This document shows positions 37,701 through 49,519 of a stretch of 64,000 nt of DNA, piece by piece. The DNA comes from Botryllus schlosseri. Taxonomy: Eukaryota. The notes under the pieces are model-generated. The model ran no database searches. It was not told the origin of the DNA and worked only from the letters and a program-made list of their open reading frames with translations. Position 1 is the stretch's first letter; every line of letters begins with the position of its first letter. A program made the translations under genes and the position numbers. Location of the stretch: positions 15,624,001 to 15,688,000 of the forward strand of contig CM119373.1 of assembly GCA_051294905.1 (NCBI GenBank), written 5' to 3'.

Positions 37701-39653
37701 AAATCTCAAATTACTCACAAGGCTTATATAACCGCCTTGCGTCGCTCCGTCACGTATGGAATCGATTCAATAATTAGTACTTACGCTCACATTATAGCGT
37801 ATACTCCCTATCGGTGCAGATTTTCACCACCTCATATCTGGTTCACTGACGAACGATGTGTTTTTGTATTTTACTTTCTTTCAATTTGTCATCTCCATTA
37901 TTGCTATGATGTTATGCTAATTACCACCTTGTGAAATATCATCTTGCTGCCGATATTGCTTATAATGCATTCTAGAATTCGTCGTCGCCTGCCACGGGTC
38001 TATCGCGAACCGCCGAAATGCTCTCTACTACACAACAACCTCTGCTAAGCCGACGCCGCCCTATCCGACATTACGGGAATTTCAAGTTCCGTATGGCGCT
38101 TTGGTAAAACCACGTATTATACGCATTTTAAAGCCGACTTGAACAGTCGTGAAGAAAATTCGCACAGCAGGCGATACGCGTTTTAACCTTGGCGGAGTGA
38201 ACTAATTTGATCTAAATACAATCCTTAATGAGCAATGAGCATTGACTGTTAATTATTCCAGGCAGGTTCGCGGCCCCCGGTGCATGGCTTAACTGTATAT
38301 AAATAATTATTCGGTCTTCCAAAAGACTGATGGACTGTTCACTTTTCAATCGCGGCGAATTTCGTAATCCCCATAGACTCGATTATGATTCATGACTTTT
38401 ATCTATCTCTCCCACGCGGACTTATTAGCATTTCAAGATTCATTCGTATAGGCTACCCATTAGCGAATGCGTCAATACGACTGTTCTTGCCGAAAATATA
38501 TACGGCTCGCATAATTTCGGCCCCCGGTCTTTGTGACTATTTCAATGGTCGTTAATCTTAATGGTTCAGGAAATTTCCCACAAATCTCGCCATTTTAAGC
38601 GGTTCGACTACCAGATCATCATTTGAGTAATTTTTTCTATTCAACTCCATTGACTCATAAAAGCAGTCTCTGGTCGCTAGAAAACCCAGACACCAGTTTC
38701 CTACTTTCGTTACTTCCTATACCACGTGTTTCGATTACTTTCAAAAGTGGTTTTGACTTTAATATGCTCCCAAACCATACACTACATTCCGCTTATAGGA
38801 TTTTGCATGTACAAATAACATACACTCATTTTCGAGTTACCACCAATTTGTTCTAGCGTATGACGCATTCGCCAGACGTAATGTCAATTCCTTTGTGTAC
38901 ATATTTTTTTCTTCTTTCGTTTATTGTTCTTTTAATAAAACACAAAAATTGCCTCAGATATGACCAATTCGCCTTTTTGACTATATTTAATCTAACCCTT
39001 AACGTGTTATCAATACACTATCTCATATATGGTTTCATTGCTATCATGTTGTATAAATATTGCAACATCAGGCTACAATATTGCATTTTAAATTGGTGTT
39101 ATCGCCTTTCTACCAATACTTTATTAACTACACACTTCGGCCTTACCACGTTAACCATACGCTATGTTTTTTTATGTTCCAATTACTATGTTTTGTAATT
39201 GTACTGCTATTCAATGCATGTACATTTCATTTTGTATTGTCGCTATAATCACGCCTTTTTAGCAGGAGGCGATGTGGGACGCCCTGCGCCCTCTCACGGT
39301 TTATACACTTTGTAAGATACAACATCATTATGGTACATCGCCCATATCTGTATATCACGTGACTTATATCTTTCTTCTCGCTACCACGTGACTTACCATT
39401 TATCAGCTCGTGCATCTCATTTTACAAGCTAGACTCATCTGCGATATCCTACTGTATATTCCATACATATTCGACCAATATATCTATCTGAGGCAATGAT
39501 GTCGTTGCATTCACGTTGAAGTTGTCAGATCCAGGACTAACACAGGGACGTGCGTCTACTACGAAAAAGAGCTAAGTATATCTACCCAGCCACACATTAC
39601 GTGGGACTCAGGTTGCAACTCTAGCAGGTTATCAGACGACACACCCTCCCATA
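34784..39653 (+). mobile_element. Young non-autonomous LTR element (LARD-like, 4,870 bp) inserted into the gypsy RT
   Basis: 381-bp LTRs (34784-35164, 39273-39653) differing at one position; 4-bp TSD ATGT; PBS-like TGGTGCACGC at 35165; PPT AGCAGGAGGCGA at 39261-39272; no gag/pol-like ORF internally. Confidence 0.93.
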
Positions 39654-40155
39654 ATGTGATTTTGAAAAGTTAAAAAAAGTGAATCTCGTTCTTTCTCTAT
39701 TGAGAAGTGTAAGTTCGGAGCAGATTCAGTTCGATTTCCCGGGTTTTTGATTGACAAGGATGGCATCAGACCAGATCTCAGGCGAGTTGAGGCTATTGTG
39801 AAATTTCCAGTGCCAACAACTATTCGCGAGGTGAGACGAATGATCAGCATGGTGAATTATTATTTGAGAAGTATCAAGAATTTCTCAGCTAATATGCAGC
39901 CGTTGTATGATTTATTGAAAGGAACAAATGCTCGAAGTAAGCTAAAATGGTCCATTGCGGCGCAGAGTGCATTTGAGCAGATCAAAGCAGCTTTGATAGA
40001 TACAGCGAGATTGACTTTTCCGACATTCCAAGGCCCCATACAGCTTGTGACGGATGCTAGTAAAGTGGCGTTGGGTGCGGTCATCAATGAGTACCACAAT
40101 GGCCGGTATGTACCTCTGGCTTTCTTCAGCAAGAGTTTAACCGAGTCTCAGCCAC

Positions 40156-41596
40156 GGGCGTAGCCAGAGAGGGGCGAAATGGGCGATCGCTCCCCTCAAA
40201 TTTTAGGAAAATTTTTGTAAAATCAATAGATATAACAATATTTTTGGGCAGGTGAATGCAACCTGAAAATTTTCTTCGCGCGATTTAGTGGCCAAACAGC
40301 AGGTGTTGATTTTATTATCGGTATTCCGAAAAACATTCTTCCGCAAATACCCATAGTTGAATTTAGCTGCATTCTCAATTATGATAATACAAGATAAATT
40401 CTATAGAGTAGCCCGAGGTCGTTGAGTTGATTGAGTCTATGGGTGTCAGTTCAGTATGGGGATTGGGGACTGTTAGTTCTGTTAGCAATTTCCGTTCCGG
40501 GACACACGAAGACATAATAGAGTAGGCTATACACGCGACTCCGCAAAGTGCACTCTCGGAATAATTGACGGCCATAAAACCGACGCATGTATTCCGAAGC
40601 CTTCTTCGATATAGATTTTCGTTTGCTTAAATGGCTGGCGCCTAATGATCTTGTCCCTGCAATCAGACCCCTCCTACATAAGTGCGTTTTTTTTCATTTG
40701 GTCTTGTATATCAGCGATTCCAATCTTTAAAAGTGGCGTCAATCTTTATCAGAGGTTACTAAACAACCGTGCTTCAAAAGTAATTATAATAAGAATGGAC
40801 ACCACTAATACACACGCGCCAATAATAATTATCAAATTATTTCATTTAATCAAAAAAACTTAACGCTCCGCGCGACCAGACCCGAGATTCACACTCATCG
40901 TTAATTACGTAATGTCTGCGATTTGGGCTCACCCTTGAAACGATCGCCGAATACAAGCTAGTTGGCAACTCTAAGCTTCCATAGCGGATGTGTGTGTGTG
41001 TCTAAGAATGATCGTGTGCATAAAGAGGTAGTAATGAAATTGCCCACGGAAGGATCATCGGATCTGCGAGGTGTTCCCACGGGGGTGCTCCTCAAAAATA
41101 ATTAGCCCCCTATAAAAAATGTTTTTCTATAGCTACGTGGCTACGACCTTGCGTGTGAGTGATCTTTTGAATGGTGACAGCTTTCTCCGCAAGCCATGAA
41201 GTAACAGTTATAAATGACAACGGTCCCGCCTGGCGCCCACCCTCTAGAAATTCATAAATAGTCTTGTCATGTGGCATCAACATATAGTTCAAGATGTACA
41301 ATTAAGTGCCCCCTGAGTGTTCGATGACATCACTTCTATCAGCCCTTCCGGTAAATCTGACGATGGAAACGTATTTGCAATACGCAAGTATTAATCTAAT
41401 GAACCAATTCCATTCACTAACCAATAAAAATTTTCGCGCTTCGCGCTAAAGTTTTTACCTCCGAGTTTTTCACAATCATAATTTTATCGCATAACTTCAT
41501 GCCTGTGAGCGGAATATATGCATAACGATTGACCCAGATGTTGTGTTAATCATCCAATAAGGACCAAAGACCATCGTTTTTTTTTTACCTATTTTC
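40156..41596. mobile_element. Composite insertion in the gypsy RNase H
   Basis: Host frame breaks at FSKSLTESQ and resumes at QRRWS. The insert starts with a GGGCGTAGCCAG MITE-like end; no clear TSD. Confidence 0.55.
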
Positions 41597-42101
41597 CAGC
41601 GAAGATGGTCATAGCGGCGAAAAGAGAGACGTACGCTGTATACATTTCTCAGCAAAATTTTCGAGATTTTTGCATGGGCAGGTCAGTGAGTTTGGTCACA
41701 GATTGTCAAGTGTTGGCTAGGATGGTTATCAACCCAAAGGAGTGTGCTGATCCAGCCATGTGCCGGTATCTTGAATACATTAATTACTTTGTAAATAAAT
41801 CTACATGTATCCGCGGTATTTTCAACTCCGTTTCCAATTGTTTGTCCCGTATTGCGATTAATGAATTTGTCGTACCAGATGGCTTGAAGCCTGATTTTAT
41901 CAAGCGTATTGCAGTTGTACAAAGGCAGGACAAGGAATTAATAGAATTTCGTGAGAGTAATTTGGCTGAAACCGGTTTGAAGTTGAGAGAGTTGAAATTA
42001 GTTGGGTGTGAGATGTGCGTGATTTGCCACGTCCCAGATATCAACGTTATCACAGAATGCGTCTGCAATTCGACGTGTTTGGGTTCTACGTCACATGAGA
42101 C

Positions 42102-42143
42102 TATAGATAACTAAGGTAAACCGGTTTACCTTAGTTATCTATA
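42102..42143. repeat. Perfect 42-bp palindrome flanked by a 7-bp direct repeat
   Basis: TATAGATAACTAAGGTAAACC/GGTTTACCTTAGTTATCTATA, with ATGAGAC at 42095-42101 and 42144-42150. Confidence 0.95.
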
Positions 42144-42925
42144 ATGAGACGGGAGTTGTTTGAACATTTGCAGTGCATTCCTTGTCGCATCCCGGTATTC
42201 GTGCGACGTTGGCGTTGGCCAAACGGCATTACGTATTCCCTGATATGGATCGTTGGTTACGAGAATCTGTGAGGGCTTGTCCGATGCGTAGCAAGAGTAA
42301 AATTATTCGTCATGTGCGTTCCGCTTTAAAACATGTGCCGCGCCGTAGTGATCGTTATGCCGGACCCGCTTCGTGAAACAGCAGATGGTAATCGATAGTT
42401 TTTTATCATTGTTGATCGGGTCACAAATTATACTAATGTAATCCCCATGAAAAGACAAGATACTGACACGGTGATCCGTACTTTGATTGATGGTTTTGTA
42501 AAAGATCGTGAAGCACCTATGGTTATAAGGTCAGACCGGGGCTCAGTGTTTACTTCGTATGAATGGGAAAAGTTCATGTCGGTCCTATTGAATGTAAACA
42601 TTCATTTGCGTTGGCACTTTCGCCACAGCAGAATTTTATCTCCGAGACGGGGATTCGACGAATAAAGCGCGGTTTGTGATGCGCTAATATTCCCGCGGCG
42701 TGGGATAGACTATTGCCTTTTGTGATTTCGTCATTGAACGCCTCTGTGCGCGAGGAATATGATTATTCCGCTGCGGAAATGACGTATGGGGAAAACGTGC
42801 GGTTGCCTGGAACCATTTGTCAGGATTTAGGAACCCCTTTTTTTCGATTTAAAAGAAGTTATTTGCACTCCGCCCTCGTATAAATACAGGATACTTGTTT
42901 TGCCCGTGTGTATTGTCCATGTTTC

Positions 42926-43190
42926 TTAATCAGGAATGCCATTGTCAATCAAAACGGAATAGATTTTGTCAAGTTCCGCCCTGATCCTAACATTTGTACA
43001 TATCATTAGAGCTCGGTGAACTAGAGTCAATATCAAATTTAATTTTCGTTGACACGAGATTGCTATTAAACGCGTATTTTTCAGATTAATTCCTGAACTA
43101 ATGGATATACATTCCCGAGGCATATTGCCAGTCCTGTACGTAGACAGAACCTTTTGGAGCACTCCGTCTGGCAATAATATGTTCCTCACT
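42926..43190 (-). mobile_element. Penelope-like RT C-terminal fragment
   Basis: RKLNLILTLVHRALMIC...ELDKIYSVLIDNG.P motif. Confidence 0.75.
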
Positions 43191-43502
43191 ACCTTGCCCC
43201 TGGTGGGCCAATTGCTACAGGGTAATCTTCGAAGCTTCGAGACTGGTACTGAAATACTCGATAGCTAACTACACTGTTTGTACATAAACTGCACAAAATC
43301 GACAATACACAATGACAAAAGGTGTCCATTTACTCTAGTGAAGAGAACAACAAAAGTGGCAGAGTCAAACGGACAGTCAATTCAAAATTCAGCACAGACG
43401 CATCAAAGAGTATGGCAGAACACAGGAAAAAAGCAGTCAATTCACAATTTACACCAAGGCAGTGCGAAAATACGATGTAGAACACTTCCGAACCACTTGC
43501 AA

Positions 43503-43857
43503 TCAATTCAAAATCTGATTCAAGACACGAATGCAGCTGTAAGGATCCGATCGATCGAATTCGGCTGGCACGCGCTGTAAAGTTATCTGCGGTGCCTCCG
43601 TGGGACGCGCGGTAGCCGAGACCAACGCGGCTTTATGCCGGCCGTGAAACTTTGGCGATTTCGCCACCGTGGTTTCCTTCGAACGCTGAATCGGCACGTT
43701 GGTGTGCCACAGAGCTTTTCTCGGCGCCAAGACCTTGCGGATTTTTGGGGCAGAAGCACTGCTCCGTGGTATCGATTTGGCAGGGTCACGGTTTTCGGAC
43801 CCTAACCGCTTGCTTGGCAATCGTGGAGACGCGACGCGTTCTCTGTAGGACATCTCC
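43503..43857 (-). CDS. ASPM: ASPM/abnormal spindle, predicted terminal coding exon
   Basis: Pyrimidine-rich CACAG acceptor; phase 2 fits the previous exon. Terminal SDPYSCIRVLNQILN* echoes the recalled vertebrate ending TNPLQAIQMVMDTL. Confidence 0.6.
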
Positions 43858-44139
43858 CTGTGAATGCAAAGGATAGAAATAAAGGCGTGCGTTGATACGT
43901 TGGCATGACCGATGGCTGATTCGGACATCGGTCTGGCAACTGATTGAAGATTTAAGTTGGTCACAGCCGTCACTGATAGCAGAGGTGGTCTCTGAAAATG
44001 GTGGCAATGACTGGGTCGCAAACTTTCGTTGATAACATTCGTAGCTGGTGCAGCGCGTTTTTGATGTGGAGTCAGTAACAACCAAGATTTCAAGGCTCCA
44101 ACGGTGAGATGAAACTAACAAAACTATGATTTTTGAATA

Positions 44140-44410
44140 GTATATTCTGATAGTCTGTGCCAACAGAAGGAGTTCGTGTACCATCTAAAAATAGCGCTCT
44201 CTTCGCCCCGTTTATTCAAAATTTCATGCCTGTGACGTTATATTTTGTGATCCGATTGTTGATATGCAATGTTTTTTTCCAATTCTCTACTAGTTGCCGA
44301 CGATTACCCCTGACGATTGTCATCCGAAAATACTCGGGTTCATTTCAATATCTGTATACTATTCAAGTAGATATTGAAGTTCTATACATCCAAGAAGCTC
44401 TTCAACTAAA
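44140..44410 (+). mobile_element. Penelope-like 3' end in the last ASPM intron (antisense to ASPM)
   Basis: LCQQKEFVYHLKI terminus; homologous to 11290-11520. Confidence 0.75.
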
Positions 44411-44597
44411 ATTTTTGTTAATAAAATAACTCCCTGCGAGCAGACCGTATATTTTCCGTACTCGAAAACATTGACCCTCGATAATACACTCAAATCATTA
44501 CAACCGATACTCGACTGTCGTTCGAGTATTCGAAGGATTGCAGCCAGCCCTAATCGCAACACTCTGCGAGAACTATTGAGAAGAATATCTGACTTAC

Positions 44598-44710
44598 AAG
44601 CACGACGAATTCAGAGTTGCGTTTGAAACGTTGAAGCTCATCCCTGACGAACTGGTCAAAAACGAAGTCGACGATTTCCGCTTGTTCACCTGAATCTTCT
44701 CTTTTTGCGC
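44598..44710 (-). CDS. ASPM: ASPM exon (AQKEKIQVNKRKSSTSFLTSSS...)
   Basis: CTAAT branch-like site, CCAG acceptor, GTAAGT donor; phase 0 to 2. Confidence 0.7.
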
Positions 44711-45407
44711 CTGGTTAGGATTAGAATTAGCATGTTTCATAGTTTGGATTTGACACAGGACAAACACGTAACCAAATTCGTGAATCTTACAGTCAACTGT
44801 TGGGTTGAGTTGCAAACATTCCGTAAGCACTCAAAATAACACCAGACTGAAGCATACCCTATGGGTCTACGCTGGTATCTGATGATAATTTCGAAAATTT
44901 ACGATATACTACTTAGCATTAGCTGTTTGGCGTTAGTCGCTATGACCCTACTCGCAATTATGCTGCCTCCAGTGATTGACAAAGTTCATTCAAACTGTTA
45001 CACTTTCCTCAAAAATGATCGATAAAAGATTAGATAATTATATTCGTATTTCCAAGGAGCAAATTCGGGTTCAATTATTTGAAAAAAACAAGATCCTTTT
45101 CAGTTATAACACCGTGTAACTAAATTTTGTAAAAGTTTTAGTAGCATAAAAAATTTTATGGGTAGAGTTTCGTTATTTGAAATTTTCACCAAAACAAAAT
45201 TTTTGAAGAGGACTTTGGAAGAATTATCCCTTTTTCTCATTTTCGGTTTCACTCAAATTTCTCTGTCTCAATCACCATAATTCTGTATTGGACTTGCAAA
45301 CGCGCGGACCAGAAGTATCATGCCCGAATGTAGCCTATTCATACATTAAAATGCAACACATTGTAGCTACAACAAATATTAAATGCGGAATTCGTGAAGA
45401 GTCCTAC

Positions 45408-45485
45408 CTTGAGCTGCATCTTGTTTTTGGTCTCTTTTGCGATGTATTTGATCATATCCAGAGATTTTCCTTTGCTTTTCAGTAT
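45408..45485 (-). CDS. ASPM: ASPM exon (ILKSKGKSLDMIKYIAKETKNKMQLK)
   Basis: TTCAG acceptor, GTAGGA donor, 26 whole codons; resembles the recalled ASPM/Asp C-terminal helix. Confidence 0.72.
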
Positions 45486-46053
45486 CTGAAGCAAACACAG
45501 ACTGGTGACGGATGATGTTTGAAAACGAAAAGGAAACAAAATCGCCGATACAAGGATTCAAGAAAAGCCGAAACCACAGATTTGTGGCACAGGCTCTGAA
45601 TAGTAGTGCATTCATAATGATGTTGATTAACTGGAAGACTCTTCGTCTGTCTCTTATCAAAAGTTAGCGACAAGATAAATGAAATAGAACAGATTAAAAT
45701 TCAAAACCAGCGTACTATCAAGCGACAATATCAGGTTTAAGAATGACATCAACAGAAACTGATCTGTAGTAACCATACAGCATGTAGCAGTGGACATTGC
45801 AGCGCATGAGACACGAAAAATTGCCTACGCATATAGTTAGCGAATGTAGTAATGCAGAAAAATGGCATAATCCCAGTGTGGGACGGAACTTTTTGTGTCA
45901 GAGGAAGTCAGATCATAGTCGTTACCAGTAAATATACAATGCCGTCAAATTTAACTTGCGTGCAAATGCGATGCAAATTCAGTTAAGTTCCCGTTGATGT
46001 GCCAATGTTACACATATTGGTGTCACTCACAGAATCAGTCACCCAGTCGATAC

Positions 46054-46752
46054 CAGGGTTGCAATGACGCTAGTCATGACTCGAATTGAGTCACGATTTT
46101 TGGGTTCTTGGCATTTTTTCAAAGGCATGACTCGACGCGAGTCATTATGACTCGAGACTATGGCGGCCAAGACAGACATGTCATTGTAACTTTAAAGGGT
46201 TGTAACCAAGTCACAAGGCTCCGAGGCACCAGTCAATCTCTCTTTTATAGTTTTGACTCGAGTCAAGTTGAGTTATCTTCAATTCACCACTGAGTCAAGT
46301 CCAAGTCAGCAAGCAGAGGGACGAGTCCGAGTCTTGGTATTATGACTCGAGTCAGAGTCCAAGTCATTGTGTTGACTGCTCAGTTTCCAGTTTACGTATT
46401 GTTAAACCCACTTTTTTATAACTCTGTTTGGTGATATCGAATGGTTCGCATTTATAATATACTAATTTTCCTCACTTTTAGCAGTTTCTGGTCGCATTTT
46501 CAAGTACCAGTACCAATAGACGAAATCCCAAGAGCGTGTTGGCTTTACTATTCTACAAATTACAATGTAATGTCTGTCTTGGCCGACTGAGTCTCGAGTT
46601 ATATGACTTGATTCGAGTCATGCGCAATGACTCGAGTTCAAGTCGAGTCAAGACGCAGATTGACTGGAGTGGAGTCATTTCCGTATTTTGAGAAAATGAC
46701 TGGAGTCAAGTATGGTCATCAAAAAATCATGACTCGATTCATTACAACCCTG
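46054..46752. mobile_element. hAT-like MITE with GACTCGAGTC arrays (intronic)
   Basis: CAGGGTTGCAATGA ... TCATTACAACCCTG; no TSD recognisable. Confidence 0.65.
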
Positions 46753-46802
46753 GAATAATGTTCCACTCCTGGAGCAACGAACGCTATAACAAGAAATCAA
46801 AC

Positions 46803-46994
46803 CTCCGCATATTTCGCCTCCCTGCAGAATTCGATCAGCAAGGCCGCCGCAGAGCAAAACACGATCGTGTGCGACGGATCGCGAACTCCCCTCTCCCGAA
46901 AACGAGACAACACGGTCACCAGCATTTCTATCGGCGCAGCGCCTTGGTCGTCGGTGGCCAACACTTGAGAAGTTTGCGATCGCGTACTGGGATT
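46803..46994 (-). CDS. ASPM: ASPM exon, C-terminal ARM/HEAT-like region (NPSTRSQ...IEMLVTVLSRFRERG...IVFCSAAALL..YAE)
   Basis: 64 whole codons between AG and GT; aligns with recalled IDILLELLQIYREK..SIFTKTCCLL. Confidence 0.8.
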
Positions 46995-47173
46995 CTGGCG
47001 TAAACAGAACACAACTTCATTTACGGACATGATGTGACGTACAGTGCTACTGATATTCCGTACCTTGCGGTCACTATTAGGGCTGAGCACAATGATTCAC
47101 ATACTCGAATCTGAATCGAGTATTAATTCTATAATGATTACAGTCGAGTGGTGAAAAATGAGTTTTTCAAGTA

Positions 47174-48881
47174 CCGTAACACGGGGTGACTTTAGCACTG
47201 CCAGGTGACTTTGGCCGAAAACCAATATTCGTTTCTATCACACACATCGAACAATATATCGATGTATGAGTACTTTGAGATATTGTTTAGGAACAATCTG
47301 CATCAATAGAGTGCTATTATTGCAAATTTCATGTTTGATACAACACTTTTACATGTTCGCAGCCATTTTTATATTGACAGGTATGATAAGAAATTTCACC
47401 ACACTTTTTACGTACTCAAACTTTTGTTTGGTTTACATGCAAAGTAGGTGTTTGAGGCAATTTCCTTTCATTTGCAGACAAAGGCTATGTACCTGACAAC
47501 ATTTATCGGGTTTTCTGGGCGAAAATACAGTTCATTATTTCAAAATTGTCAAAATCCTGTGGCTGATCAATTTTTTTATTTTTTTGCAATTTATGGGGTG
47601 ACTTTGGCCAGCAATTTAGAGTCAGCTAAAATGGGTATTTTTAGCATCAAGATTAATCTCGGTATCCGTATCTTCTAAATAATTAAATGCCAAGGAAGTA
47701 TAGAAAAAAGCTTGGTGCCAGGAGTTATAAAGACTACACCGCAGATGAGATCCAAGCGGCACTAAGAATGATCGAGGAAGGAATGTCCGAAAGATCTGTG
47801 AGTGAAATAACTGGTATTCAGAGAGGGACTTTACAGAATAAAAGGATAGGAAAGCATCCGAAATCACCAGGAGGCCAGCCTGTTTTATTGCCAGATTTGG
47901 AGAAGAAAATAGCAGACCATTGTATGGCGCAGGCAGATTTTGGATTTGCTGTTGACAAATTTTGCTTTAGGAAAAGTATCTCGGAAGAGGAGGTTGCGAG
48001 GATAATTGCCATACAAGAGGAGAAGAAGGCTTCAAAACGGAGGAAAAATGGTGACCAACCATCAAAATCCCAACAAAAATGAGTTGAATTAGTCACGAGC
48101 ACTCATCATGAAAGTTATGACGATTCTTCAGAAGCAGAAAATTTCCAGGAAGATTTGTGTGATGATACAGTTGAAGTGGGAGCATTAGGGGAGGAGTTGA
48201 AAGCAAAACCAAAAGCTGGCCAGTATGTAATAATTGAGTATGAGGGAGAATTATTTCCAGGTGTTGTGGAGAGTACAGAACAGCATGGTGCAAAAGTCAG
48301 TGTTATGCAAAAATCGGGAAGCAATTGGAAATAACCAATTCAAAAAGATCTGATATTCTATTACTGGAAACATATTAAACAGAATCTCCGACCCAGACTC
48401 ACTGAATGCTCATGTCATGGAATCTACAAAGGGAATGAACTTGAAGGACATTGGCATTGAACTACTTTTTGTCATTGATTTGTTTAATTTCGTTGTAAGT
48501 TCTTCGAAGATTTTTGTGGTTTTGCGTTGAATTAAAGTCTGAAAAGTCGCCATTGGTTGGATACTTCTTTTTTTAAAGACTGTAGATGGCCAAAGTCGAC
48601 TTCTCAGCTTGTGTCATTGGCATATATGACTGCTAGATGTCCTGGAAGTAGAAAATATGATTCTCGGCTAAAGACACCCCATTGCCGGGTGACTTTGGCC
48701 ACCACAGAAAAATTGAAAAAAAATGATCGAAAACATGACAATAATTTTCTTTTTCATATTTAATCCATAGATCTAACCCTTCCGCCCATAACAAAGTTGA
48801 AGAAGGCAGAAAATCATAACGTACCATAAAATAATTTAACATTGAATGTAAAAAGTGGTACAAAGTCACCCCGTGTTACGG
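47174..48881 (+). mobile_element. pogo/Tigger-like internal-deletion derivative (1,708 bp)
   Basis: TIR CCGTAACACGGGGTGACTTT; TA TSD; ORF 47687-48082 encodes a psq-type HTH and the start of a CENP-B-type HTH; DDE core absent; transposase C-terminal remnant at 48100-48460. Confidence 0.88.
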
Positions 48882-49519
48882 TACTGAAATTTTGTGCCCC
48901 TCGCCACTAAGAGTTGATTTATCGATCAGAATCACAGCTCCGACGCTATTTTCTCCTGTAAACCTCAATTGGGCGAATCGCAGTATAAGTAACGTGTCGT
49001 ACAAAACTACACACGCTAGCAAAATGACATATATCTACGAAGTGAAATGCAATAGGTAGGCCTATGATCGAAAAAAGACCAAATAATCTTTAAAATGATA
49101 TAGAAAGGGCATAACATTCTTTGTGGTCGCATAAAAGGCACATATCTGAACAAATTCTAGGTGTTATACCACAGCATGACATCATAACAAGCAGTTCTCT
49201 GATAAATCAAGATTTTACAGTTCAAAAGTTATCAAATTGTGATATATTTCAACTGAAACTTGTAATTGGAGGCCATAAATTCCAGTGAATGTAAGAAATT
49301 ACGGTGGTTCCAGTCCAACGGGTGTACTTGTGGTCCGAGAAAACAAATTTTTCTTCTTAGCTATAAAGTTCCCCATAAATAAATTTGACAGTACTAGACA
49401 TTGCGTCACTTTGAAATTTTTTGCAGTGATGACCTCATCGTATTAGCCTACAAATACGACACAGGCAGATACTGATATTTCTCAGTAGACAGACAGTAGC
49501 CTGTAATGAAAATCCACTA

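Larger units (their letters stand above)
33786..42860 (+). pseudogene. Ty3/gypsy pol relic (protease, RT, RNase H, integrase) interrupted by three insertions
   Basis: Protease FLSDSGS; RT SPIVCAPK..LCIDYRYLN, YCDD; RT/RNase H resumes at 39658 (EKCKFG...LVTDASKVALGAV..PLAFFSK); RNase H tail from ~41597; integrase HSLSHPG, IRSDRGSVFTS. No LTR pair found. Confidence 0.88.

Noticed and set aside
45530-45630. Extra ASPM exon (LINIIMNALLFRACATNLWF...)
   Set aside because: There is no phase-compatible donor, and the 46803-46994 exon already supplies this part of the protein in the correct phase.
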